64,000 nucleotides of DNA from an uncultured bacterium. Its GTDB lineage: Bacteria > Acidobacteriota > Thermoanaerobaculia > Multivoradales > JAHZIX01. The notes beneath the pieces are model-generated. The model made no database searches. It was not told where the DNA came from and worked only from the letters and a program-made list of their open reading frames with translations. The translations under genes were made by a program, and so were the position numbers. The stretch lies in the NCBI GenBank assembly GCA_965368975.1, contig CBDUPA010000001.1:640001-704000 (forward strand), read 5' to 3'. Shown here in pieces: positions 17,939 through 28,120 of the stretch (positions within the stretch are counted from its first letter, which is position 1; every line of letters begins with the position of its first letter).

Positions 17939-19393
17939 TCACGGCACCTGGCTCGACCACTTGGTGAGGTTGCCCGACTCGAAGCCATCGCTGAAGATCC
18001 AGTCCGGAATCAGCGCGTCGGCCAGCTCATTGATGTACTCCTCGATCGCCGTGTATCCGGATGCCATCACCGTCGAGTGATCACTGCCGTTAGCCGGGTC
18101 GAGGCCGTTGTCGCTCTCCCAGGTGTCCGCCATGCCGTCACAATCGAGATCCGTCGGCGGTGTGCCGGGCGTCAGGCCATCGAGCCAGTCCGCTGGCCGC
18201 CGGTTGCCCCAGGCACCGCTGCGCCCTTCGACATCTTCCACGGCCCAACGGTTGACGATGTCTCGTGGAAAGGCGCCAACCTCGCGCAGGATACGCTCCG
18301 TGGTGACGGACGCCGCCTGCGTGCTGACCGGCACGTAGCCAGAGATCCCGCTGAAGTCGAAGAAGCCGGCGGCGTTGAACTGTCCTGAGACGATGCCGCA
18401 GCAGGCGAAGGAGTACTCGCTGGCGAAGTTCGGCGTGGTGTAGGGGTTGTCGACCCGACCGACGAACGTCCCTGGATCCTCGACGTAGTTGTCCCACACC
18501 CAGTAGCGCGTCGGGATCGGCGTCGAGCTGTTCTCGGGGTCGAAGTAGAAGGGGGCCAGCGAGATGCTGGGTCCCTCGAGGAAGACATTGCCCACCAGGT
18601 TGAAGTCGCCACCGGCGATGTTGTGGTGCACGAAGCCCTCGCGGCCGTTGTAGACCACGTTGTTGACCACATCCGCCGGGCCGGTCGACAGTGCTGGTGT
18701 GCGGTTGCGGGCGTGGGCGAAGAGATTGTGGTGGATCGAGATGCGGCCGCCGGGCGGATCGCCGGGGTCGCAGGTGCCGCTGTCTTCACAAGGCCGGTGG
18801 TTGAGGATGCCTTTGTTGTGCGTCCAGCCGTTGCCCGGGTCGTAGATCGGGTAGGTGATCGCCGACCACTGCAGCGTGATGTCGCTGGCACCGCCCCACA
18901 AGTCGATCGTCTCGTCGGCGCCGTGGGAAGCGTCGATGTGATCGAAGATGATCGTATGGTTGGTCGAGAACTGGATCGAGTCGTGCTGGCTGGCCGGCCA
19001 TTCGGCGTCCGGATCGGGTGGCCGGATGCGCAGGTGGCGGATGACGAGGTTGCCGAAAGTAGTGCCGTAGGTGGTGTAGAGGTGCCCGTGGATCGTGATG
19101 CCGGCGCCCGGTGCCGTCTGCCCGGCGATGGTGACGTCGCCGTGCGGAATGTGCACGTCGCCGTCGATGACGCCCGAGACGTCGAAGACGATGATCCGAG
19201 GTCCCGCTTGGTCGAGCGCCCATTGCAGGCTACCCGGGCCGCTGATGGCCAGCGTCGTGACCTTGTAGACGTTGCCGCCACGGCCACCGGTGGCGACGGC
19301 ACCGAAGCCCTCGGCGCCGGGGAAGGCGGGCAACTGCGCGGGGGCAGCCGTGGGTAGAACGCCGAGCGCGAGGATCAAGAGGAAGGCGATCAT
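17939..19393 (-). CDS. Secreted pectate lyase-like (PL1-type) beta-helix protein
   Basis: Signal peptide, LPAFPGAEGFGAVATGGRGG, GPGSL, TIAGQTAPG, RTP, D-D-DGMADTWE, IEEYIN; C-terminal IFSDGFESG. Confidence 0.88.
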   Translation of the reverse strand: MIAFLLILALGVLPTAAPAQLPAFPGAEGFGAVATGGRGGNVYKVTTLAISGPGSLQWALDQAGPRIIVFDVSGVIDGDVHIPHGDVTIAGQTAPGAGITIHGHLYTTYGTTFGNLVIRHLRIRPPDPDAEWPASQHDSIQFSTNHTIIFDHIDASHGADETIDLWGGASDITLQWSAITYPIYDPGNGWTHNKGILNHRPCEDSGTCDPGDPPGGRISIHHNLFAHARNRTPALSTGPADVVNNVVYNGREGFVHHNIAGGDFNLVGNVFLEGPSISLAPFYFDPENSSTPIPTRYWVWDNYVEDPGTFVGRVDNPYTTPNFASEYSFACCGIVSGQFNAAGFFDFSGISGYVPVSTQAASVTTERILREVGAFPRDIVNRWAVEDVEGRSGAWGNRRPADWLDGLTPGTPPTDLDCDGMADTWESDNGLDPANGSDHSTVMASGYTAIEEYINELADALIPDWIFSDGFESGNLTKWSSQVP

Positions 19394-19607
19394 GAGGCAC
19401 TCCTTGAACTGCACGTTGAGCCAGGATCTGAGCAACGATCCTAACCATGACGGACAACCAGTATGATCGCTTGATTCCGAGAAAGCGATACGGATGGACG
19501 AGTCTGAGGCTCTCTGCTGGGGCATTCTGATAATCTCCTAGTCCCCTCTTGTGCCATGTCGCCGCGGTGACTGGAGCCAGCGAACGGGGTCAAACTCAGG
19601 AGCGTCC

Positions 19608-19973
19608 ATGAAGCGATCGGTACGAGCCGATTCGGAGAAGAACATCCTCTACCTGAAATTTAGCGGCTTCCATCAGGCCGAGGACGCGCACGAGAATATC
19701 GCCGCAATCTTACGCGAGGTTCCGAAGCTCCAGCCAGGGTTTGCGGTCATCAACGACATCTCGGACTTCGATGTCGCAGACCTTGAGGCGCAGGAGATTC
19801 TGAAGCAGGGTATGGCCCACCTGCAGTCGATCGGTTGCCGGCGCGTGATCCGCGTGGTGAGCCGGACGTTGGCGATGCACCAATTCTCGAGCGCGTCCCA
19901 AGACGTCGGCTATAAAGCAGATCTGGCACTTTCCGTCGCCGAGGCAGAGCGGATGCTGGCAGAAGGAGCCTGA
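19608..19973 (+). CDS. Small hypothetical protein (STAS/SEC14-like fold possible)
   Basis: AGGAG RBS before ATG; KNILYLKFSGF..VINDISDF..VAEAERML. Confidence 0.7.
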   Translation: MKRSVRADSEKNILYLKFSGFHQAEDAHENIAAILREVPKLQPGFAVINDISDFDVADLEAQEILKQGMAHLQSIGCRRVIRVVSRTLAMHQFSSASQDVGYKADLALSVAEAERMLAEGA

Positions 19974-20038
19974 CCGGTTGCCGATTGGCGATCCTCGACA
20001 GGGTGCCTACCGTATACTGCGGCACCGGAAATACCCTC

Positions 20039-20707
20039 ATGAGTGCACCGTCCTCTCACACCCTGGATCTGACGACCTGGAAGCGGCGCCAGCACTTCGA
20101 ATTCTTCGAGGACTTTGATCGCCCTTTTTGGAACGTCTGCGTGCCGGTCGACGTCACGGGGTTGTACCAGCACTGCCGAGCGGCAGGGATCTCGTTCTTC
20201 GCCGCGACGCTACACCGCTCGTTGATCGCGGCCAACGAGGTCGAGGAATTCCGCTACCGCCTGCGTCGAGGCACTGATGGCAGAGCCGGGGTCGTCGTCC
20301 ACGACGTCGTCCACGGTGGCTCGACGGTGCTGCGCGACGACGAGACTTTCGGCTTCGGGTACTTCGAGTTCGACCGTGACTTTGACTGCTTTGCCCAAGG
20401 CGTCGCCGCGGGGTTGGAGCGTGCGCGCCAGGACTCCTCGCTGGAGCCGAGTTCGGGCAGCGACGACCTGATCCACTATTCGGTGCTGCGCTGGCTCGCC
20501 TTCACCAGCTTCCAGCACGCGCGCCAGCGTTCGGACGACGATTCGATTCCCAAGGTCGTCTTCGGCAAGGTGCACCGGGTGCAGCAGCCGAACGGTACAG
20601 CAGGCTGGAGCATGCCCGTGTCCGTGGAAGTGCATCATGCCTTGGTCGATGGTCTGCATGTGGGACGGTTCTTCGAGAGCTTCGAGGCGTTGCTGGCCAA
20701 GGTCTGA
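20039..20707 (+). CDS. cat: Chloramphenicol acetyltransferase (CatA-like O-acetyltransferase)
   Basis: LDLTTWKRRQHFEFF, EEFRYR, SIPKVVFGK and catalytic HHALVDGLHVGRF motif. Confidence 0.88.
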   Translation: MSAPSSHTLDLTTWKRRQHFEFFEDFDRPFWNVCVPVDVTGLYQHCRAAGISFFAATLHRSLIAANEVEEFRYRLRRGTDGRAGVVVHDVVHGGSTVLRDDETFGFGYFEFDRDFDCFAQGVAAGLERARQDSSLEPSSGSDDLIHYSVLRWLAFTSFQHARQRSDDDSIPKVVFGKVHRVQQPNGTAGWSMPVSVEVHHALVDGLHVGRFFESFEALLAKV

Positions 20708-20802
20708 GCACCGCGGCGACGCTCGAGACGGCGCGCCCCTATGCTAGGCTGCCTGCCACAAGCTGACCCGCATCCACCATCTGCCTCACGGAGTCTCGCG
20801 TC

Positions 20803-21627
20803 ATGAAGAAGCTTTGGATTTGCGCCACCCTGCTCGCTCTTTTCGCAATGCCGGCGCAGGCCGGAGTCGTCTTCGAAGTGGAGACCACGGACCACGGAGG
20901 TTCTTCCCGCGGTACCACCACCACGCAGGCTTACATCGAGGGCAAGAACCTCAGGATAGAGATCGCTGCGGGGCGCGGCAGTTCCGAGAGCGAGGCGCTC
21001 TATCGCGGTGATCGTCGAGAGATGGTCGTCGTCGATCATGGAGACAAGACCTACAGGGTGATCGACCAGCAAACCATGGCCGAAATTGCGGGGCAGGTCA
21101 ATTCCGCGATGAGTCAGATCGAGGAGGCGCTCAAGAACGTACCCGAAGACCAGCGGGCGATGGTCGAGCAGATGATGAAGCAACGGATGCCGCAGGCCGC
21201 GGCGCCTCGCCGCCCTGCCGCGCAACTGCGCCGAACCGGCGAGCGTGCCACGCACGCGGGCTATCCCTGCGTCAAGTACGAGGTGCTGCGGGACGGGCGA
21301 AAGATTCGCGAGATGTGGGTGACGGATTGGAGCAACGTGGAGGGCGGAACTGAGGCCGTCGACGCCTTCGAAGGGATGGCGGAATTCTTCCAGGAGCTGC
21401 TGGATTCGATTCCTGACTTTGGCGGTGGCTCGGGGAGCCCCATGGATGACAACCCCTTCGTGCACATGAGGGATATCGGTGGTTTCCCAGTGGTGACTCG
21501 GGAGTTCGACGAAGATGGTTCTTTGGAGAGCGAATCTACACTGCGTTCCTCCCAGCGCCGGACGCTGGATCCGGCCGAGTTCGAGCCGCCCGCCGGCTAC
21601 AAGCGGCGGGAGATGTTCCCATCTTGA
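20803..21627 (+). CDS. Secreted DUF4412-like protein
   Basis: Signal peptide ..PAQA; TGERATHAGYPCVKY; GFPV; EFEPPAGYK. Confidence 0.8.
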   Translation: MKKLWICATLLALFAMPAQAGVVFEVETTDHGGSSRGTTTTQAYIEGKNLRIEIAAGRGSSESEALYRGDRREMVVVDHGDKTYRVIDQQTMAEIAGQVNSAMSQIEEALKNVPEDQRAMVEQMMKQRMPQAAAPRRPAAQLRRTGERATHAGYPCVKYEVLRDGRKIREMWVTDWSNVEGGTEAVDAFEGMAEFFQELLDSIPDFGGGSGSPMDDNPFVHMRDIGGFPVVTREFDEDGSLESESTLRSSQRRTLDPAEFEPPAGYKRREMFPS

Positions 21628-21806
21628 GGCGAGCCGAGCCGCCGGATAGCACTTCGTGGCTCCCGGGGGGGGTTCCCGTGACGCGTACGAGCGGCTAGAC
21701 TCGACACCTCGCTGTCACAAGAAGCAACCGTGCACAAGCTACCCGCCAGGGCTCATCACCCGGGCTGATCGCGTGGGAGCGGGGAGCCACAACCCAGGGA
21801 GGAAGC

Positions 21807-22484
21807 ATGGCCAAGAGTACGCTCGCTGGCCTGTTCGGCCGTTCGCCGTTCAAGCCGATGCAGGAGCACATGCAGATCGTCACGAACTGCGCCGCCGAGG
21901 TGATCCCATTGATCGACGCCCTGGTGGCCGGGGATCAGTCGGGCGTCGAAGGTTCGAAGCAGCGCATCTTCGAGCTGGAACAGCAGGCGGATGACGCCAA
22001 GAATGCCATTCGCGCCAATTTGCCGCGCAGCCTGCTGATGCCGGTTGATCGCCGGGATCTGCTCGAGATTCTGCACGCGCAGGACTCGATCGCCGACACC
22101 GCCCAAGATGTCGCTGGTCTGTGCGTGATGCGCAAGACGCGCGTGCCGGAGTCGTTCACGCCGCTGCTGCAGGAGTACGTGCGGCGGGTGGTCGACGCGG
22201 TCGAGCAGTGCCGGCGCGTGATCAACGAACTAGACGAGCTGTTGGAGATTGGCTTCCGCGGCCGGCAGGTCGACCAAGTCGAAGACATGATCAACGAATT
22301 GGGCCGCATCGAGACCGAGACGGACGAGCAGGGGATGCGGCTGATGGCGTGCCTGTTCGAGATTGACGAGCAGCTGAGCACCGGTGCCTTCTTCTTCTGG
22401 CACCAGATGATCGAGAACGTGGGAGACATCGCCGATTTCGCCGAAGACGTCGGCGACCGGCTACGCCTGCTGGTGGCCCGCTGA
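21807..22484 (+). CDS. DUF47/TIGR00153 phosphate transport regulator
   Basis: LFGRSPFKPMQEH, LEQQADDAK, MPVDRRDLL..QDSIAD, IADFAEDVGDRL; adjacent to pit. Confidence 0.92.
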   Translation: MAKSTLAGLFGRSPFKPMQEHMQIVTNCAAEVIPLIDALVAGDQSGVEGSKQRIFELEQQADDAKNAIRANLPRSLLMPVDRRDLLEILHAQDSIADTAQDVAGLCVMRKTRVPESFTPLLQEYVRRVVDAVEQCRRVINELDELLEIGFRGRQVDQVEDMINELGRIETETDEQGMRLMACLFEIDEQLSTGAFFFWHQMIENVGDIADFAEDVGDRLRLLVAR

Positions 22485-22499
22485 GGAGCAAAGACGAGG

Positions 22500-23747
22500 A
22501 TGGAATACGCAACGGTTTATCTCACGCTGGCGGTGATCTTCGGCCTCTACATGACCTGGGGCGTTGGTGCCAACGACGTCGCCAACGCCATGGGGACCTC
22601 GGTGGGTTCCGGTGCCATCACCGTCAAGAAGGCGCTGATCATCGCCGCGATCTTCGAGTTCGCGGGTGCCGTGTTGGCCGGAGGCCACGTCACCAGCACG
22701 ATTCGCAAGGGCATCATCAATGCCGACTTCGTGTCGTCGCCCGATGTGCTGGTGCACGGCATGCTGGCCGCGTTGCTGGCCGCTGGCATCTGGCTTATGG
22801 TGGCCAGCTATTTTGGCTGGCCGGTGTCGACCACACACACTATCGTCGGTTCGTTGATCGGCTTCGGCCTTGTTGGCTTGGGCCCCGAAGCGGTGGCTTG
22901 GGACCAGGTGGGCAGCATTGTGGCCAGCTGGCTGATCTCACCGCTGCTGGGAGCGGTGCTCGCTTTCCTGCTCACGCTGTCGGTGCGCAAGTTGATCCTG
23001 GACACCGATGAACCGTTCGAGAACGCCAAGAAGTATGGCCCGGTGTATGTCTTCCTGATGGGCGTCTTGATTGGCTTGGTGACCCTGTTCAAGGGGCTCA
23101 AGCACCTCGACCTGCACCTGACCGGCCTGCAGTCGCTGCTCGTCGCGCTGGCGATCGGCGTCGTGATCAGTCTGGTCGGTCGGCAGCTGATTCGCCGTAT
23201 CGAAGTCGACCGCGAGGCCGAGCGCAAGTTTCACTTCGCCAGCGTCGAGAAGGTGTTCGCGCCGCTGTGCGTGTTCACCGCCTGCGCCATGGCCTTCGCG
23301 CACGGCTCCAACGACGTCGCCAATGGTGTCGGGCCTCTGGCGGCCGTCGTCAGTATCGTTTCCAGCGGTGAAGTGGTGCAGAAGTCTGCACTGCCGATCT
23401 GGATCCTGCTGCTCGGTGGTGCCGGCATCGTCATCGGCCTGGGCACGCTAGGGTACCGGGTGATGAAGACAGTGGGCAAGAAGATCACCGAGCTGACCCC
23501 CAGCCGCGGCTTCTGCGCCGAGCTGGCGGCCGCGGCGACGGTGGTGCTGGCATCACGCCTCGGCCTGCCGGTGTCGACCACCCACATCATCGTCGGTGCC
23601 GTGATGGGCGTTGGCCTGGCGCGCGGCATCGCGGCCATCGACCTGCGGGTCGTCGGCGGCATCATCACCTCGTGGATCGTCACGCTACCGATCGGCGCCG
23701 CCCTGGCCAGCTTCTTCTACTTCTTCTTCAAGGGCGTCTTCGGCTAG
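22500..23747 (+). CDS. pit: Inorganic phosphate transporter, PiT family
   Basis: Both PiT signatures GANDVANAMGTSVGS and HGSNDVANGVGPL; PVSTTH twice. Confidence 0.95.
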   Translation: MEYATVYLTLAVIFGLYMTWGVGANDVANAMGTSVGSGAITVKKALIIAAIFEFAGAVLAGGHVTSTIRKGIINADFVSSPDVLVHGMLAALLAAGIWLMVASYFGWPVSTTHTIVGSLIGFGLVGLGPEAVAWDQVGSIVASWLISPLLGAVLAFLLTLSVRKLILDTDEPFENAKKYGPVYVFLMGVLIGLVTLFKGLKHLDLHLTGLQSLLVALAIGVVISLVGRQLIRRIEVDREAERKFHFASVEKVFAPLCVFTACAMAFAHGSNDVANGVGPLAAVVSIVSSGEVVQKSALPIWILLLGGAGIVIGLGTLGYRVMKTVGKKITELTPSRGFCAELAAAATVVLASRLGLPVSTTHIIVGAVMGVGLARGIAAIDLRVVGGIITSWIVTLPIGAALASFFYFFFKGVFG

Positions 23748-23792
23748 GGCGAGGCCCCATCGTCACACATCGCCGCCAACGGATGCAGCGCA

Positions 23793-24779
23793 TCAAGCCG
23801 TTGCCGGTAGGGCAGTCGGCGCCGGTCGCGGCGTCGGCTTGTTGGTCAGCACCAGGTAGCCGCCGACGATGATCACCGCGATGCCGAGCCAGAAGCGCAC
23901 GTCGACTTCCGACCAGGTCGTCTCACCGGCGCTCATGACATAAAAGCTGTTGACCACCGGTGCCCCGGCGAAGACCAGTGGCATGACGATCGACGGGCCA
24001 CCCTTGACGTAGCGATTGCCGAAGACGATGCCCCAGGCTCCGAGGGTGGTGATCAGGCCGGCAATCAGGCCGCGGTTGAAGCCCGGCCAGTTGAAGGTGG
24101 CGGTGCTGTCGAAGCCGAGGCCGAAGACCGAGATGGCGACGAGCGCCACCGCGACGTAGGCCAGGCTGAGCGCGATCATGGCTCGGATGCCGCTCTTCTT
24201 GAAGCCTTCGATGGCGCTGTGCACCTGCACACCGTACTTGCCCCAGCACACCCACACGACGGCGACGGCCGGTAGGAACCACCAGTTCATTTCGAGATCC
24301 GCGTGGTGCTCAGCTGGGCGATACCACAAGGTCGTCACGACACCCAGGATCAGCAGCACGACGCCGAGCGCGAAGCCGCGCTTGGGCGGGCTCTTGAGGT
24401 GCAGGCAGGTGAAGACAGTGTTGCCCAACTGGACACCGCCGAAGAGCAGCGGCATGACGACTTCGGGCCGGTGGTAGAGCGTCAGCGCGACGATCAATGC
24501 CAGGTTCCCGCCGGCGCCCAGCAAGCCGGCGGCGAAGCCCTTGCGCATGCCGTCTCGAGTCCAGGCGCCGTTGTCCGTCACCAGGCCGGTCTTGAGCAGC
24601 GCGAAGCCACCGAGGACGCCCTCGAGACCGTAGCCGAGGCCGATCAACGCCAGCGCGAGCGCCGTCGAGCCGCCGAGCATGGCGTTGGCCTGCCCCAGGA
24701 TCGGCCCATAGGTGCCCCAGCACAGCATCGCCAGAAGCGGGAAAATCAAGGCAAGTTGGAACATGTCAGATCGCTTCAC
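23793..24779 (-). CDS. Internally duplicated multi-TM membrane protein (DMT/EamA-like)
   Basis: Two homologous halves: CWGTYG..VMPLLFGG and CWGKYG..VMPLVFAG. Confidence 0.75.
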   Translation of the reverse strand: MKRSDMFQLALIFPLLAMLCWGTYGPILGQANAMLGGSTALALALIGLGYGLEGVLGGFALLKTGLVTDNGAWTRDGMRKGFAAGLLGAGGNLALIVALTLYHRPEVVMPLLFGGVQLGNTVFTCLHLKSPPKRGFALGVVLLILGVVTTLWYRPAEHHADLEMNWWFLPAVAVVWVCWGKYGVQVHSAIEGFKKSGIRAMIALSLAYVAVALVAISVFGLGFDSTATFNWPGFNRGLIAGLITTLGAWGIVFGNRYVKGGPSIVMPLVFAGAPVVNSFYVMSAGETTWSEVDVRFWLGIAVIIVGGYLVLTNKPTPRPAPTALPATA

Positions 24780-24866
24780 GTGTTGGGCTCCTCGTGGGTT
24801 TGTCGTCGTCCGCCTACCTTATCGCTTCTCTCTTTCGGGGTCAGGCTCTGATAATATCTGCCCAAC

Positions 24867-25226
24867 ATGGCATCCATATTATTAGTTGAAGATGACAATT
24901 TGATCAGTCGCATGATTACGCTGCGCTTGCAACTTCGTGGGCACACCGTGGATCTGGCGCGAGATGGCCACGAGGGTGTGGAGAAAGCCCTTGCAGGCGA
25001 CTTCGATTTGGTTCTGATGGACATGCACATGCCGAAGATGGATGGGCACGAGGCGGTCCAGCATCTACGTGGCCAGGGCTTCGATACGACGATCGTCGCG
25101 GTGACTGCTTCAGCCACCAGTCGTGACAGCGAGGCAGCGCTCGAGTCTGGCTGCGACAGCTTCATCAGCAAGCCGATCGGCGACGATTTCGAGGACCGTG
25201 TCGACGCGATCCTGGCCGAGTCCTGA
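24867..25226 (+). CDS. Single-domain response regulator (CheY/DivK-like)
   Basis: ILLVEDD, DLVLMDMHMPKMDG, VAVTA, FISKP. Confidence 0.93.
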   Translation: MASILLVEDDNLISRMITLRLQLRGHTVDLARDGHEGVEKALAGDFDLVLMDMHMPKMDGHEAVQHLRGQGFDTTIVAVTASATSRDSEAALESGCDSFISKPIGDDFEDRVDAILAES

Positions 25227-25247
25227 GGCGGAGCCGGGGCGCAGCCG

Positions 25248-26447
25248 ATGCAGATACCACCAAGGCTGCCCAACGAGGCCGAGCGACTGCGAGCCTTGCG
25301 CTTGCTCGGCGTTCTCGACACGCTCCCGGAGCGGCGCTTCGACCGGCTGACGCGCTTGGCTTGCCGGCTGTTCGATGTACCGATTGCGCTGGTCAGCTTG
25401 GTCGACCGCGATCGGCAGTGGTTCAAGTCGCGTCAGGGACTCGAAGTCTGCGAGACCGCGCGGGATGTTTCGTTCTGCAGTCACGCCATCGTGGATGCTG
25501 GCATCTTGCAGGTTTCGGACGCCACCAAGGATTCTCGTTTTGCCGACAATCCCTTGGTCACCGGGGCACCGGACGTCCGCTTCTACGCGGGGGCGCCACT
25601 GTTGACTCGAGATGGCCACCGGGTAGGGACGTTGTGCATCATCGATCGCCAACCTCGGTACCTCGAGGCGCAGCAACTCGACGATCTGCGCGATCTCGCC
25701 GATTGCGTGCAAGACGAGCTCGGCAGGGCCGACCTGATCGAAGCCAAGGAGAGGGCTGAAGAGACGAATCGTCTGAAGGACGAGTTCCTCAACATGATCA
25801 GCCACGAGCTGCGCACGCCGTTGACCGTGCTCTTGGGCTATCTGCCGCTGCTGCAGGAAGTCGAGGCCTTGCCTCCGGCCGAGCTGATCGCCGAGATGGC
25901 GGGAGACATGCGGCAGGCAGGGGATCATCTGTTGCAGGTGATCAACGACTTGCTCGATCTATCGCGGATCGAGAGCGGCAAGCTGGATTTGCACATGGAA
26001 GACGTGGACACCAGCGACATCGCGCAGACCGTCTTTCGACAGCTCAAGGGCAAGGCGGACGAAAAGGGCCTGCTGCTGGAGAACCGGGTGACCTCGAGCG
26101 TGATCCACTGCGACCCCTTGCGCTTGCGCCAGATTCTGATCAACTTGGTGGGCAACGCCATCAAGTTCACGGACGAGGGCAGCATCCTCATCGAGAGCCG
26201 CGAGACCGAAGATGGCACTGAGCTGTCCGTGGTGGACAGTGGGATCGGTATCGCCAAGGAAGACTTACCCAAGATCTTCGACCACTTTCGCCAAGTCGAC
26301 AGCACGAGCACCCGCAAGGTCGGCGGCTCGGGCCTGGGGCTGGCCATCACCCGCCGGTTGGTCGAGCTGCACGGTGGCTCGATCGCCGTCGGGAGCCGCT
26401 TGAGTGAGGGCTCGACATTCACCGTGAAGCTACCGGAGAGACCGTGA
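25248..26447 (+). CDS. GAF-domain sensor histidine kinase
   Basis: NEAERLRAL..FDRLT..SFCSHAI..RFYAGAPL GAF domain; SHELRTPL; NLVGNAIKFT, DSGIGI, GSGLGL. Confidence 0.95.
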   Translation: MQIPPRLPNEAERLRALRLLGVLDTLPERRFDRLTRLACRLFDVPIALVSLVDRDRQWFKSRQGLEVCETARDVSFCSHAIVDAGILQVSDATKDSRFADNPLVTGAPDVRFYAGAPLLTRDGHRVGTLCIIDRQPRYLEAQQLDDLRDLADCVQDELGRADLIEAKERAEETNRLKDEFLNMISHELRTPLTVLLGYLPLLQEVEALPPAELIAEMAGDMRQAGDHLLQVINDLLDLSRIESGKLDLHMEDVDTSDIAQTVFRQLKGKADEKGLLLENRVTSSVIHCDPLRLRQILINLVGNAIKFTDEGSILIESRETEDGTELSVVDSGIGIAKEDLPKIFDHFRQVDSTSTRKVGGSGLGLAITRRLVELHGGSIAVGSRLSEGSTFTVKLPERP

Positions 26448-28093
26448 CCGAACGCAGAGAAGCCGGAACCGGGCAGGAGATCGAGGCCCTCAGAGCCGAG
26501 TTCTCCGACTTGCTGAGCAGTCGCTTGCAGGTCATCGAGCAGCTGTGGCGAGGCCTGACGTGCGAGGAGTGGGATGAGGAGAAGGTGCGGCAGCTGAAGC
26601 GCGCGGTGCACACGCTGAGCGGTTCCGCGAGTACCTTTGGCTTTCCCGCCCTGGGGCAGATCGCTCTGTCTCTGGAGGGGCAGCTGCAGCCATGGTGCGA
26701 GACGGAAGCAGGAATCCCGGCCGGTGAAGAACTACAGGACCTGGCCGCTCTGATCGATGAACTGCGCGGTAGCGCCTCGTTGCCGCGCACGACGCTACGC
26801 GACAGCGCACTGACTCTCGGCTGTGATCTGCGGCAAGGCTGCCTGGTCTACCTGGTCGAAGACGACGCCACCTTGGCGAGCGAGCTGCAGCAGCAGCTCG
26901 GCAGCTTCGGGTATGAAGTCGAGGTCTTCGGACGCTGTCACCGAGTCGTCGAAGCGGTCGCGGAGCGCCGTCCGGACGCACTGATCGTCGACATCGTACT
27001 CACGGAAGGGGATGAGGCCGGCATCGACCTGGTGAGACAACTGCGACGCCAGTTCGATCTGCAGGTTCCGATGTTGTTCATCACTGCACGCACGGATGTC
27101 CAGGCCCGGCTCGCGGCGGTGCGCTGTGGCTGCGACGCGTATCTGGCCAAGCCTCTGGATGTCATCGCCCTGGTCGATCGACTCAACCAGCTGATGCGTC
27201 CGAAGGGGGCCGAGTCCTATCGAATCCTGATCGTGGACGACGACGTGACGCTCAGCAGGTACTACGCTCAAGTCCTGGAGCAAGCAGGGATGAAGGTCTC
27301 GGTGCTCAACGAGCCGCTCGGCATCATCGAACAGCTCGATCGGGGTTTACCCGATCTGATCCTGATGGATATCAACATGCCACAGTGTTCGGGCACCGAG
27401 CTGGTCAAGATCCTGCGCCAGTTCGACCGCTACACCGGCCTGTCCATTGTCTACCTGTCTTCTGAGAGCGAACTCGAGCGCCAGCTGGCGGCGTTGCGGT
27501 TCGGTGGTGACGACTTCCTGACCAAGCCCCTGAGCGATGCGCACTTGCTGGCCGCGGTCGCCATGCGTGCGGAGCGGAGCCGCAGGCTGCGGGCGTTGAT
27601 GAACCAGGACAGTCTCACGGGTCTGGTCTCGCATGTGGCCCTCAAGGAGCGGCTCGCGTCGGAGCTAGAACTGGCTCGGCACTACGGTGCCGAGCTGGCT
27701 TTCGCCATGCTCGATCTCGACAGCTTCAAGCAGGTCAACGATTGGTACGGGCACCTGGTGGGTGACTCGGTGCTGCGCACCCTGGCGGACTTGCTGCGTC
27801 AGCGGGTGCGCCAGTGCGACGTTGTCGGGCGTTACGGCGGCGAGGAGTTCGGCATCGTGCTGCCGAATTGCGGGCTGCAGGACGCCGTCGGGTTGGTGGA
27901 GCGGCTGCGCCGAGCGTTCAGTCGCATCGGCTTCTATCCTGAGGACGAGCGGGTCACCGTCACCTTCAGCTCGGGCGTGGCGTCGACGCAGGAGCCGATG
28001 AGCGTCGAGGGGCTGATCGCGCGCGCCGACCAGGCTCTTTACCGAGCCAAGACGGAAGGTGGCAACCGGGTGCTCCCGGCAGTGCCGGAATGA
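26444..28093 (+). CDS. Hpt-REC-REC-GGDEF diguanylate cyclase
   Basis: Hpt HTLSGSASTFGF, two receiver domains, DSLTGL, DLDSFKQVND.YGH..GD, RYGGEEF with RxxD I-site (RQCD). Confidence 0.93.
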   Translation: MTERREAGTGQEIEALRAEFSDLLSSRLQVIEQLWRGLTCEEWDEEKVRQLKRAVHTLSGSASTFGFPALGQIALSLEGQLQPWCETEAGIPAGEELQDLAALIDELRGSASLPRTTLRDSALTLGCDLRQGCLVYLVEDDATLASELQQQLGSFGYEVEVFGRCHRVVEAVAERRPDALIVDIVLTEGDEAGIDLVRQLRRQFDLQVPMLFITARTDVQARLAAVRCGCDAYLAKPLDVIALVDRLNQLMRPKGAESYRILIVDDDVTLSRYYAQVLEQAGMKVSVLNEPLGIIEQLDRGLPDLILMDINMPQCSGTELVKILRQFDRYTGLSIVYLSSESELERQLAALRFGGDDFLTKPLSDAHLLAAVAMRAERSRRLRALMNQDSLTGLVSHVALKERLASELELARHYGAELAFAMLDLDSFKQVNDWYGHLVGDSVLRTLADLLRQRVRQCDVVGRYGGEEFGIVLPNCGLQDAVGLVERLRRAFSRIGFYPEDERVTVTFSSGVASTQEPMSVEGLIARADQALYRAKTEGGNRVLPAVPE

Positions 28094-28120
28094 GCCGTGC
28101 CGCGGCTCACCGACGGTGGG

